This document shows positions 44,668-57,129 of a stretch of DNA of 64,000 bases, one piece after another. This stretch comes from Eledone cirrhosa. Lineage: Eukaryota. The stretch is taken from NCBI GenBank assembly GCA_964016885.1, contig OZ024763.1:20584001-20648000 (forward strand). Direction: 5' to 3'. The stretch's first letter is position 1; each line of letters opens with the position of its first letter. Below the pieces are notes generated by a model, which saw only the letters and a program-made list of their open reading frames with translations, ran no database searches and was not told where the DNA came from. The position numbers and the translations under genes are program-made.

Positions 44668-45260
44668 TGACATGTTCTCCACCTCCAGCTTAGTCACTTT
44701 GGCCACAAAGCCCGGTACTGTGGCCTGCTATGCAGAGAAAATACTGGGGACTGTCCAGCCATGAGAAAACCCTTACTTTGGGCTTGGATGGGGTGACAAG
44801 CCTTCTCGTACAGCCAACGTTATAGCAATTGGCACATACTATAGAACACAGGCATTTAGAACTGCAAAACTTAGACTCCAGGTCAAATTTGCTACAGAAT
44901 TCGCGGCCCACTATGCAGAGGAAAGGAAGACCAACAAAAAGAGGGTATTGTCTAGCCGCTTCCTCTTCGCACTGGTCGCTGTCGAGACCTCAGGCTTAAT
45001 TGGACCCCATACAGTCGAGCTCCTCTGCAATATCGGAATGTCAGCAGCCCATCCGAGGAAGGAGCCCCACGAGGAGGGGTGGCTGTTACAGAGGGTGTCG
45101 CTGGCCACTGTCCGCGGGAATGCTTTTGTGGCGATATCCATGGAAATGCTTTTGCGATGATGTCTGCGGGAATGGTTTGCAGGCATGTCCACGGGAATGC
45201 TTTTGCGGTGCTGTCCGCGGGGCTCAGCCCCCATTACCACAGCTCCCTAGGTACAAGGCA
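44668..45260 (+). mobile_element. C-terminal fragment of a CRE-like (RLE-type) non-LTR retrotransposon, split by a captured exon
   Basis: DMFSTSSLVTLATKPGTVACYAE (44668-44740) and AAHYAEERKTNK...FLFALVAVETSG...LLCNIG...WLLQRVSLATVRGNA (44903-45160); family assignment is by motif recall. Confidence 0.65.
44777..44910 (-). pseudogene. Diverged duplicate of the polyhomeotic FCS exon (pseudo-exon)
   Basis: REFCSKFDLESKFCSSKCLCSIVCANCYNVGCTRRLVTPSKPK|GTAAGG; keeps the donor and ~15 nt of intron; first Cys lost, RFCS changed to CLCS. Confidence 0.9.
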
Positions 45261-46267
45261 CAGAGCCCATCACCCACCCCTTCCCAACTCTCCCCTTGCC
45301 TTTCCCATGTTTTTTTTTTATATTTTCTTATTTTACATTCTATTCTTTCTTCATCTATTTTTAACTTTTTTCTATGAAATTGTCATAAATAGATATTGTA
45401 ACAATGATAATGATCAAAATAAAGTATATGTACAAACATAGATAAACCCACAGAAATAACAAGTCAGAATTAACAACAACTACAACAACAACAGCAGCAG
45501 AAGAAGAAGCAATGACTATTGAAGAAATAGTAGCTCCTACGAGGAATATAACGATCAGCCAACAAAATATACATAAATTCACAGAAATAAAGACAACCAG
45601 AAGCCAACGAACCGGGTCTGTTTGTATATATTCAAAGCACAACACGTAACATAACACATTACATTTACATTAGATAGGGTTCCATTTAGAAATCTTTCAT
45701 TATGTCGGGTCACTCTTGAGTGCTACTGGCAGCATGTAACCCAGTACAACCTGTCGCATGGTCGGGTCGTCAGCGACTAAACCGGCAACCCCACCAAGCT
45801 TACTTGGTGAGGAGGGTGATTTTGGATACCCTGCAGGACAAAAAACAAAACCTAACAAAGGGCAGAAGAACTCGTTAACGGTCATCTAAAAAAAAAAAAT
45901 CCTGCTAAATCAATGAGTGGCAGTAGTTCCAGCTGCACACATCAAAAGACTGGTGTAGTGGTTCTGAGAACAATGCGGCTTTGCAGATGATTAATGCAAA
46001 TGGACAATGGAAAGCCGCTCCCACTCGAGTTAGAAGAGAACTATTGACCTTCAGGAGAAGCAGCGACCCCTCATTGTATTCAGCAACCAAAACAAATATG
46101 AAGTACACCAAATCCACAGCTCCTAGGGGCGGCCCTGGTCTTTCTTATTTGCGAGTGTAAACTTGGCCAGATTAGATTAGATTAGATTATTTCAAATCTT
46201 AGAAATGAAGACATCTGCAGATGATGGCAGAGCTAAGCAAGGACTCATTGGTGATGTACGTCTAAGG

Positions 46268-46433
46268 CAGTGGTTCCCAAAATGGGAACCACGGAACTCA
46301 AGGGTTCCGTGAAAAAAAGGTAGAGGAGTATATTTATATTACAAACATATTAGACTGTATTAGACTTTGGGGTTCCTCCAAAAGTTTCTGAACCAAAAAG
46401 GGTTCTGCGTTTGAAAAAGTTTGTGAAACCCAG
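46268..46433. mobile_element. hAT/Charlie-like MITE
   Basis: CAGTGGTTCCCAAA start, degenerate right end, GTCTA-type flanks. Confidence 0.55.
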
Positions 46434-46581
46434 GTCTATGATGTGTGAATATGTATGTGTGTGTGTATATATATATATATATATAAGGGAACGGGTGAAG
46501 GATTCAAGAACACCCGCTTTGTCCATTCCCTTGTTGATTCATTTTGGATTGCCCCGGGAACATAACCCTATTATGTAAGAA

Positions 46582-46656
46582 GCTGTCTGATGATGTCACG
46601 GCACTGGGTACACCAAAGCGTGTGGCCACTGTCGTCATTGAAATATGTATCACAGC
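46582..46656 (+). ncRNA. Minimal type-I hammerhead motif (U.U-closed stem II variant)
   Basis: GCTGT-CTGATGA-TGTCACGGCA...TGTCGTCATT-GAAA-TATGTA-TC-ACAGC, then ATTAAA. Confidence 0.6.
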
Positions 46657-47199
46657 ATTATCATTAAAGGACTTTAACATCTGAACTCTTTAGCTGACCC
46701 TCGACGATGACACATGAAGTTTGGAAAGCAATTGTAAACACAGAAAACTGGATGAAAAATTAGGATGACGATGATGCTGATGATGCAGACGTTAAGGTTG
46801 ATGAGGATTTGATGATGATGGTTCTTACAAAATTGAACCATTCAATATTGGCAGTATCGGTAGAGAGTCAGGCGCCATGCTTTGCAGCATAGAGTTACTT
46901 TTCGGTCTGAGTTCAAATCTCGCTGAGGTTAACTTTGCCTTTCATCCTTAAGGGGTCGATAAAATAAAGTACCAGTCACGCACTGGGGTCGATTTAATCG
47001 ACTTTCCCCTCCCCCAAAATTGCTGGCCTTGTGCCTATATCAGAAACCATTATAATCCCCACCAAGCTAGGCCCTCCTGTCAGGTGTTTTAATAAAAAAC
47101 ACCCATCTTACCATGATTTTGATACAGCTCACACCATTGAGTGGTTCAGCTGGCCTCCTATGAGGTTACATTTCATAGGAAGCTTCTTGGGTGATTTAA

Positions 47200-47610
47200 T
47201 AATATAATAATAATAATGAAATTATTGTGTACAGTGCTCAGGTGCACTACAAATCATCAAAGGTGCATGTATAGTACATAGAATAATGTACAAATGTCAG
47301 GAAAATGAACAGTGTATGAGTCATGATATAATAATAATAATGAAATATTGTGTACAGTGCCCAGGTGCACCACAACTCATCAAAAAGTGCATGTACAGTA
47401 CATAGGGCAATGCACAAACATCAGTAAAATGAACAGTGCACGAGTCATGATACACACATGTGTGCATGTGTATGGAAGGGGTACATCAGGTGTAGTTTTG
47501 GCGTATTTCGGGAAGCATGAGTGTCTTAAAGGATGCAGTGTCTCGGCAGCTAACAACTGACGCAGGCAGTTTGTTCCATGCTTCAGCAACTCTGAGCGTG
47601 AAAAAATGGC
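47200..47610 (-). mobile_element. CR1-like LINE 3' end with duplicated tail
   Basis: HFFTLRVAEAWNKLPASVVSCRDTASFK...*, then 3' UTR and (ATT)n, with the tail present twice. Confidence 0.75.
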
Positions 47611-47639
47611 ACGGGTCACAGTCCCTTTAAAAAAATAAC

Positions 47640-48152
47640 AACCCCTACCCCAGGATCGGATGCCAGTCTGTTGCAGGGGTCAACCCCCAGATTCTGCTGC
47701 TACTGGTTTTAGTTTTTGTTTTGTTGGGTTTTTTTCAGCTGAGTTGACTGGAGCGATGTGAAATGAAACTTCTTGCTCAAGAACACAACACACAACCCAG
47801 TCCAGGAATCAAACCACAACATCATGATCATGAGTCCAATACCCTTACCACAGGAGCAATGTGAAATGAACTATTTTTCACAAGAACACAACACACAACT
47901 CAGTATAAGAATCAAACCCACAGATTGTAAGTCCAACACTTTTACCACTGGAGCACCATGAAATGAAGTGTTTTGCTCAAGAACACAACAACAACCCAGC
48001 CCAGGAATCGAACCCATGATATTATGATCATAAGCCCAACACTATTACCACTGGAACAATGTGAAGAACACAACATACAACACAGTTCCAGTATTGAAAC
48101 AACGATATGATGATCCAAAGCCATACACCCTCACCACGAGGTCACATGCCTC
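47640..48152 (-). repeat. Degenerate tandem SINE-head array (same family as the 104-bp satellite)
   Basis: About 4 diverged CAAGAACACAACACACAACCCAGTCCAGGAATCAAAC units plus tail. Confidence 0.75.
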
Positions 48153-48969
48153 TATAAGCCATCGTCTGAAGAAAAAAACATAACAACAACACTGAAATAA
48201 AATATTAAAAAAAATACAAGACAGATCATGCTGTAAGGCCAGGCAGCAGATACATAGACAGACAGACAATAATTAAATAAAGATAATAATGATTAAAATA
48301 AACTATATAAAACAATATTAACAAACATATAAAACAAAATTACTGTATTTATCGGTGTATAACACACAGGTTGATTTTGAAAAAGAGGGTTAAATTTTTT
48401 GGTTTTTAACTCTTCAGCATTTACATTACTCTGTATATACTATTTTATTTTTGTGGTAAAAGCTTTACCTCACATAATATCGAATCTATGAGATCTTGAT
48501 ATTATTTATGTTGAGAATAATACCTTAACATCAGTATGAGTGGCCAGTTACTTCCGGTTTAACCCTTTATCATTTACATTACTCTATATTTACTATTATA
48601 TTTTCATGGTAAAGGCTTTACCTCACATAATGTCGAATCTATGAGATTTTTATATTTATTTTAAGAACAATACCATAACATCAGTATGAGCAGCTAGTTA
48701 CAGCCAGTTTGAACAGAAAAAGGTGAGAGAATTCTGACCAGATGTGGATGGTTTAAATGCTAAAGGGTTGAAATTAACCCTTCATCTTCTTCTTCGCCCA
48801 CTTATTCCTGAGAGGACCATGGGTTGCTCCTGACAGGACCCACTGGAAGGAGTGTTTGAAGACTCTGCCCTCAAAACCCTCTCAGTAATAAATGGCCGAA
48901 TAAAAAGTAGAAGAAGGGTTAAATTTTTTTTAAATTGATCTGCTCAGCCACAGAGATGCTTTATAACAA

Positions 48970-50515
48970 CTTTAAAAAGAAAATAAGACTTTAAAATAAC
49001 TATAAAAAGAAAATGAGACTTTAAAATAACTATAAAAAGAAAATGAGACTATAAAATAACTATAAAAAGAAAATGAGACTATAAAATAACTATAAAAAGA
49101 AAATGAGACTATAAAATAACTATAAAAAGAAAATGAGACTTTAAAATAACTATAAAAAGAAAATGAGACTATAAAATAACTATAAAAAGAAAATGAGACT
49201 ATAAAATAACTATAAAAAGAAAATGAGACTATAAAATAACTATAAAAAGAAAATGAGACTATAAAATAACTATAAAAAGAAAATGAGACTATAAAATAAC
49301 TATAAAAAGAAAATGAGGCTATGAAATGACTATAAAAAGAAAATGAGACTATAAAATAACTATAAAAAGAAAATGAGACTATAAAATAACTATAAAAAGA
49401 AAATGAGACTATAAAATAACTATAAAAAGAAAATGAGACTTTAAAATAACTATAAAAAGAAAATGAGACTATAAAATAACTATAAAAAGAAAATGAGACT
49501 ATAAAATAACTATAAAAAGAAAATGAGACTATAAAATAACTATAAAAAGAAAATGAGGCTATGAAATGACTATAAAAAGAAAATGAGACTATAAAATAAC
49601 TATAAAAAGAAAATGAGACTTTAAAATAACTATAAAAAGAAAATGAGACTTTAAAATAACTATAAAAAGAAAATGAGACTATAAAATAACTATAAAAAGA
49701 AAATGAGACTATAAAATAACTATAAAAAGAAAATGAGACTTTAAAATAACTATAAAAAGAAAATGAGACTATAAAATAACTATAAAAAGAAAATGAGACT
49801 ATAAAATAACTATAAAAAGAAAATGAGACTATAAAATAACTATAAAAAGAAAATGAGACTATAAAATAACTATAAAAAGAAAATGAGACTATAAAATAAC
49901 TATAAAAAGAAAATGAGGCTATGAAATGACTATAAAAAGAAAATGAGACTATAAAATAACTATAAAAAGAAAATGAGACTATAAAATAACTATAAAAAGA
50001 AAATGAGACTTTAAAATAACTATAAAAAGAAAATGAGACTATAAAATAACTATAAAAAGAAAATGAGACTATAAAATAACTATAAAAAGAAAATGAGACT
50101 ATAAAATAACTATAAAAAGAAAATGAGACTTTAAAATAACTATAAAAAGAAAATGAGACTATAAAATAACTATAAAAAGAAAATGAGACTATAAAATAAC
50201 TATAAAAAGAAAATGAGACTATAAAATAACTATAAAAAGAAAATGAGACTATAAAATAACTATAAAAAGAAAATGAGACTATAAAATAACTATAAAAAGA
50301 AAATGAGGCTATGAAATGACTATAAAAAGAAAATGAGACTTTAAAATAACTATAAAAAGAAAATGAGACTATAAAATAACTATAAAAAGAAAATGAGACT
50401 TTAAAATAACTATAAAAAGAAAATGAGACTATAAAATAACTATAAAAAGAAAATGAGACTTTAAAATAACTATAAAAAGAAAATGAGGCTATGAAATGAC
50501 TATAAAAAGAAAATG
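48970..50515. repeat. 30-bp minisatellite (TATAAAAAGAAAATGAGACTATAAAATAAC)n, ~51 copies
   Basis: Direct inspection; variant units GAGGCTATGAAATGAC recur. Confidence 0.95.
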
Positions 50516-51709
50516 ATGCTTTTTAAAAGATATCATTACTCTATATTCTTCTTATTTCCGAGAGGACCATGGGGATAGAGACCTCAAACATTCCTTCCAG
50601 TGGGTCCTGTCAGCAGCAACCCACTGGAAGGAGTGTTTGAGGACTTTGTCAGCTCCTCAGATCGCTGAAGCTCACGGAGGAGATGACAAAGGACCGAGAC
50701 GAATGGAGAGATGCTGTGTCCCACCCTTGCAAGCAGGGAAAAGCGGACGTAAAATGATGATGGTGATGATGATGATGATGATCCCACACTGGTAAAAGTA
50801 TAAGGAAAAGAAATTGAAAATGCAACTGGAGTCTTTTAAGAATATTTATATAAAAATATATAGTGTCTCCCCAAAATGTACACATACTTTGATTACCTAT
50901 ACAAGCACAGCTTTTCCCAAAAGTAAAATGGTCTACAGACATAATTCAATTGTATGCAAACACCCCAAAAATATTTACATAACTTGAATAAATGTTTCTA
51001 CTTTTGGCACAAGGCCAGCAAATACCCCAGTGTATTTCTGGTGCATTATTTTATTTTGTATGTAAACACTCAAAAATGTTTACATAATTTAAATAATTGT
51101 TTCTACTTTTGGCACAAGGCCAGCAATTACCCAGTGTATTAAGAATATTAGTAATAATTGTTTCTAATTTTGGCACAAGGCCAGCAATTACTCAGTACAT
51201 TACTGGTACTTTTTTATCGACCCCGTCAGGATGAAAGGCAAAGTTGACCTCGGCGGGATTTGAACTCAGAATGGAAAGGGCCGTAACTCTATGCGTCAAT
51301 GCATATAAAACAGAATATATTTTAATGCATTTTTGGGGGACACACTTTATATAAAAAAGGTAGTGTCCCCTATATAACATACAGGTAGATTTTAGGGCCT
51401 GAATTTTAGGGCAAATAGTGCGAGTTATTCATCGATAAATACAGTAATTACTTAAATTTAAAAAGGTAAATGAATAAATTAATTAAGCAATTAAGAAAAT
51501 AAATAAAGAATACAGAAAAAAATATATTTCAAAGATGGTAATTAAAATTTTTTTTTTTTTGTGTTATTTTATCTTTTTTTTTACAATTTACAAGGGTGGG
51601 CTGAAAAGTTCATAGGCTGATTATAAAGGACTGATGGTGGTGGAGCTGTGAAATCTTGTATGCATTTATTTCAGCTCTTGTCATTGATAACTGCATTGTT
51701 TCTTTCCAG

Positions 51710-52385
51710 GGACTTACCACTAGAGCAACATGAAACGAAGTATTTTGCTCAAGAACACAACACAAACCAGTCCAGGAATCAAACCTATGACATTATGATC
51801 GTAAATCCAACACCCTTACCACTGGAGCAATGTGAAATGAAGTATTTTGCTCAAGAACACACCACACAACAAAGACTAGAAATCAAACTTCTAACATTAT
51901 GATCGTAAGTCAAACTTACCACTAGTCTAGAGTTGACTGGAGCAACATGAAATGAAGTGTCTTGCTCAAGAACACAACACACAACCCAGTCCAGAAATCA
52001 AACCCATGACATTATGATCGTAAGTCCAACACCCTTACCACTAGGCCAGAGTTGACTGAAGCAACATGAAATGAAGTGTCTTGCTCAAGAACACAACACA
52101 CAACCCAGTCTAGGAATCAAACCCATGACATTATGATCGTCAGTCCAACACCCTTACCACTAGGCCAGAGTTGACTGAAGCAACATGAAATGAAGTGTCT
52201 TGCTCAAGAACACAACACACAACCCAGTCTAGGAATCAAACCCATGACATTATGATCGTCAGTCCAACACCCTTACCACTAGGCCAGAGTTGACTGAAGC
52301 AACATGAAATGAAGTGTCTTGCTCAAGAACACAACACACAACCCAGTCTAGGAATCAAACCCATGACATTATGATCGTAAGTAAG
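51710..52385 (-). repeat. Tandem SINE-head array with 104- and ~120-bp units
   Basis: Same head/core as the 1-5530 satellite; the later units join via CACTAGGCCAGAGTTGACTG. Confidence 0.85.
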
Positions 52386-52481
52386 TCAAAACAATTACAA
52401 CTGAATATTTTTTTTAAATGGCAAAAATGTAATATTGTGAACAAGAAAGAATAAAGCAAAAAAACTATATGTTTCCCTTAC

Positions 52482-52650
52482 CATCAGCCTCTCCATCTCT
52501 TGTCTCTGTGTCATCAGCCATGGGAACGTCAGGGTCATGACCTGACCCATTCGTTTCTTCTTGTTCAGATTCTTTCTCCAAATTAGTGGTGCTTGCATTG
52601 CTGCTGGACTTTGAAGGAATGTATTCTGTCAGCAATGATGACCTTTGAAC
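52482..52650 (-). CDS. ph: polyhomeotic exon (VQRSSLL..., acidic)
   Basis: TTGTTCAG|GTT...GATG|GTAAGG; phase 0-1; completes the conserved EPFPVxRSSLL HD1 motif. Confidence 0.9.
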
Positions 52651-52829
52651 CTGAACAATAAACCAAGGACAACATGAGGTTCTAGTTTTTCTCACAAATC
52701 AACAAACAAACATACAATCAACTGTGTGGACATTGACAGCCCCAGGGGCTAAAAGATTGAACTCACGACATTACAGCCAGTCATGATCCCAACACCATTG
52801 ACTACTATACTACACTGTATGACTTCACT

Positions 52830-53680
52830 TAACCTTTTAGCATTTACATTACCCTATATATACTATTATATTTTCACAGTAAAGGCTTTACCTCACATAA
52901 CATTTACATAACATTTACATTACTCTATATATACTGTTGTATTTTCACAGTAAAGGCTTTACCTTACATAATATCTCACATATTTACATTACTCTATATA
53001 TACTATTGGATTTTCACAGTAAAGGCTTTACCTCACATAATATCTCACATAACATTTACATTACTCTATATATACTATTGTATTGTCACAGTAAAGGCTT
53101 TACCTCACATAACATTTACATTACTCTATATATACTATCGTATTTTCACAGTAAAGTCTTTACCTCACATAATATCAAATCTATGAGATTTTGATATTAT
53201 TTATCTTGAGAACAATACCTTAACCATTCAGCATTTCAACCGGCCATATCCGGCCAAAATTCTCTCACCTGTTTCTGTTCAAACTGGCCGTAACTGGCTG
53301 CTCATACTGATGTAAAGATATTGTTCTCAAAATAAATAACATCAAAAGCTCGTAGTTTCGATATTATGTGAGATAATTATGTAAGATAAGGTGTTTACCA
53401 CAAAAATACAATAGTATATAGAGAGTAATGTAAATGCTAATGGGTTAACATCAGTATAAGCGGCTGGTTACAGCCGGTTTGAACAAAAAGAGGTGAGAGA
53501 ATTTTTGCTGGATCCGGCAGGTTTATATGCTAAAGAGTTATGGTATTGTTCTCAAAATAAATATCAAAATCTCATAGATTCGATATTAAATTAGGTAAAT
53601 ATACAATAGTATATATAGAGTAATGTAAATGCTGAAGTGTTAAATAAAGTCATACAGTCGGTTTAAATACTAAAGAGTTA
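52830..53680. mobile_element. Cluster of nested and tandem TTAA-MITEs in both orientations
   Basis: TIR motifs and the internal ~62-bp repeats. Confidence 0.75.
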
Positions 53681-54029
53681 ATTATTTTTTTAAAAAAAGA
53701 GGGGGGTGAAGATTAACTTTCATCTTTTAATACCAATCTTAGAAAAAAAAGGATAAGAGGGAATAATTGTTTCTATTTTTGGCACGAGGCTAGCAATTTG
53801 TAGGGAAGGGGAAAGTTGAATAAATCGACCCCAGTATGTAACTAGTGCTTTATTCTATCAATCCTGTAAGGATGAAAGGCAAAGCTAACCTCACCAAGAT
53901 TTGAACTCAGAATGTCAAGGTACATAACTCTATAACATCAAAATCTCATAGATTCGATATTATGTGAGATAATTATGTAAAATGAAGTGTTTACAATAGT
54001 ATATATATTCATGCATGCATGCCCTCGTG

Positions 54030-54297
54030 TGCTGCAAGCAGCATGTTGAGCCAGTGCTTATCCCAGTTTCATGGCGTGAAGCGACTAAATGTGTAAGACT
54101 ACCCGCTGGACAAGACGCCAGTCCATCGCCTGGGTTAAACCCCCAAATATTGCTGGTACGCATTTTCAGCTGAGTATACTGGAGCAACGTGCAATGAAGT
54201 GTTTTGCTCAAGGACACAACACACAACCCAGCCCAGGAATTGAACCCACGACATTATGATCCTAAGTCCAACACCCTTACCACTAGGCTACATGCCT
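54030..54297 (-). mobile_element. Monomeric tRNA-derived SINE, progenitor type of the 104-bp satellite
   Basis: GGCATGTAGCCTAGTGGTAAGGG (A box), GGGTTCAATTCC (B box), GTGTCCTTGAGCAAAACACTT core, GATGGACTGGCGTCTTGTCC tail. Confidence 0.85.
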
Positions 54298-54657
54298 TCA
54301 CATATAGTATGTAAATAGTATATATAGAGTAATGTAAATGCTAAAGTGTTAAAGAAGGGGAGGAGGGAAATAATAAAAAGATATCAATGGTTTCTTATAT
54401 AGGCACAAGGCCAGCAATTTTGGGGGAGGGGAAAGTCGATTAAATCGACCCCAGTACCTGACTGGTACTTTATTTTATCGATCCCGTAAGGATGAAAGAC
54501 TAAGTTAACCTCGACGGGATTTGAACTCAGTATGGCAAGGGCCATAACTCTATGCGTCAAAGCATGGCGTCCGACCCTCTACCGATACTGCCAATCCACC
54601 GCCCAAGGAGGGAAATAATAAAAAGATATTAATAAATATAGAGAAAGAATAACTCAC

Positions 54658-55686
54658 AGGGAACGGTTCAGGTCCTTCGTGGATGATGAAACCCTCAATA
54701 ACATGAGTTAGAATATGAGGTTTCACTATAGCCTTTTGTTTCTCTACGACCACGGTATTATCCAACATGGTCGACACAGGATGCTGTGGTTTGCCTGAAG
54801 AAACGTCCATCGACTCAACCTGCCTGTTATCTTGAGTGGGTGTCGGTGGTTGGGCCGCATCGGCCTGTGCCCTTTTCTCTTGTTTCTGCTCGGATGCCGT
54901 CTGCTTTGAAGTGGGTTCAGCGAGGGTCTTCTTCTCCGAAGCGCTCTCCATCATGGCTATCGTTTTACGCCCCGTTTCAACCTCCGAGTCCGACTGACTC
55001 TTCGGTAGACTGATAGTCCCGTTTGTCTGGCTGGTTGGGGTAGTTGGTTTAGAGAGGCTTGTGGGCATCGTGGGTTTCGTTTGAGAGCCTGTTGACGAAG
55101 GGTTGCTCTTTTTCGTACGCACTTTTGTAGTTGTCTTTGGTGTGATGGTCGGAATATTGAGTTTCGGACCAGAGTTTGGTTGCATAGATATATTTGTCGG
55201 GTGTATTTTGGCAGTGTTTGAACCTTTGGAAGTCGAAGGTAAAATCGTTGAAAGTCCTTTATTGCCTTGGGTTGTGGTTTTTGCCGGTAATCCAACAGTT
55301 TTAGCCTGTAGGCCCGTTGTCATATCAATAAGTTTGGCAGTTTTCAACGGGTTAACAGGCTGCATCCCAGTAGGGGTGGCAGTGGCTGCAGCAACCATGG
55401 ATGGCTGTTGTTGAAGTGGCGTAGCAGTGCGGATATAGAGGGGCTGGCCAGCCAAGATGGTTGGTGATTGAGTCGTAAGTAACGGCTGGTGAGCTGAGAG
55501 AGGGATGCCCTGTTGCAAACTGGCCATGGCTTGCAGCATGGCTGGGTTCGTGAGCATCGGTTGAGATGCGAAGATCTGACCGCCGCTTGTCACAAGTTGA
55601 GATTGACTGTTCATGCGGAGAGGCGATTGGGAATTGATTAGTTGAGGTTGAGAGACAACGGTGTGACATGCTGATTGATTCTTTGA
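54658..55686 (-). CDS. ph: polyhomeotic large exon (Q/T/S-rich region + HD1 domain)
   Basis: TTTTCCAG|TCA...; 1029 nt open; ends KQKAIVKPHILTHVIEGFIIHEGPEPFP|GTGAGT (Ph HD1 motif); phase 0-0. Confidence 0.93.
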
Positions 55687-55893
55687 CTGGAAAAAATAAA
55701 AAAAATAAAAAAAGAGAAAAGAGAAAAAGAAAAAAAAATGATTAGTAAGTATTAATTATCAATAATGATTATATGGTCAACAAATCAATAATGTTAACTG
55801 CAGGGATATGATCTCCAAACTTTTTAGACCCCCTCTTCACCAAACCCCACATTATAATATATATATATATATACACATTAAATATCTATATGT

Positions 55894-55970
<77 letters not shown>

Positions 55971-56210
55971 TTTAGATAGATAGAGATATATATTTATTAT
56001 AATAAATATTTACTCTACGGGTTTTTATATATATAATCCATATCGAGCCCTCTTCGGATTTTAGTCTTTACATTTATTATTACTATATATATATATATTA
56101 GTGGTGTGAGTTTGTGAGACACGCTAAGTTCCGATACCATGTGCGTTATTATATATGCGCACACTATTCAGTTTTTTAATATACTTAGAAGTGACCAGGA
56201 TACTAATTCT

Positions 56211-56291
56211 TCACCCACTGACGAGCAAGAATCAGTATTCCTCTTCACAATTAATTTTGCGAAACAGCATAGCCAAATGCTGTCTGGGTGA
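56211..56291 (+). ncRNA. Complete type-I hammerhead ribozyme
   Basis: TCACCCA-CTGACGA-GCAAGA...TTTTGC-GAAA-CAGCAT-AGCCAA-ATGCTG-TC-TGGGTGA; 7-bp stem I, 6-bp stem II, long stem III, GUC site at 56282-56284. Confidence 0.85.
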
Positions 56292-56568
56292 TTGGTAGTT
56301 ACTACAATTCCGCTTTGTATTTATTTTCTTGATTTATTCTTAAATTGAGTCTGTCAAACCCTATTGTCCATAGTTAGTATTCTTTTCACCTTAGCGAATC
56401 TGGTCCCTTACGATTTGAACACATATATGTATATATCTGTGTTTATCTTTCTTTTATATTCAATTATAATATACGGCTCGGAAAAATCTCTTTCCTAGAG
56501 CTATTTTATTGTAAGAGACTATTTTGAGTTTCTAACTCAATATATACCTTTGATATATATATATATAT

Positions 56569-56606
<38 letters not shown>

Positions 56607-56745
56607 AATCGTGACTACTTGAGGCCAAGCAGTCAGGATTATATTTATCTCTATACCCACTCTGCATCTATCCATGCATTGAGTACGCCTATGATCTGCA
56701 GTCTCCTTGGACTCAGCACTGCAGACTCTCCCTCTCTCTCTGTAC

Positions 56746-56795
<50 letters not shown>

Positions 56796-57129
56796 CTATG
56801 TCTGTGATGCTTATGTTCAAATAAACTAAGAATATAACAAAAACCCCCCAAAAAGACCCATAAAATAAATAAGTACTAGGGTTAATATGATCGAAAAAAC
56901 CTCTTCAAAGCAGTGCCCCAGCATGGCCTCAGTCTAACAAATGAAACCAGTAAAGGAATCAAAGAATAAGAATAAGTAAGTAAATAGATGAATAAAACCA
57001 AAACCTTGCAGATTTCTCATAAATTATCAACTGTTAAAAGTAGCTTACCTTTCAAGGACAGCTTCATTGTGTGTCATTGATACATGATTTAACAATTACC
57101 AGGAAGGAATCATCACCATTGCTGTCATT

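Noticed and set aside
54550-55614. 354-aa ORF as a complete single-exon gene
   Set aside because: It is an internal exon: the frame is open back to an acceptor at 55687, and the tail past 54658 is intron/SINE read-through.
57044-57120. Strong minus-strand donor AAG|GTAAGC as an upstream coding exon
   Set aside because: In-frame TGA precedes it in the phase needed to join 55686, and no clear acceptor was seen.
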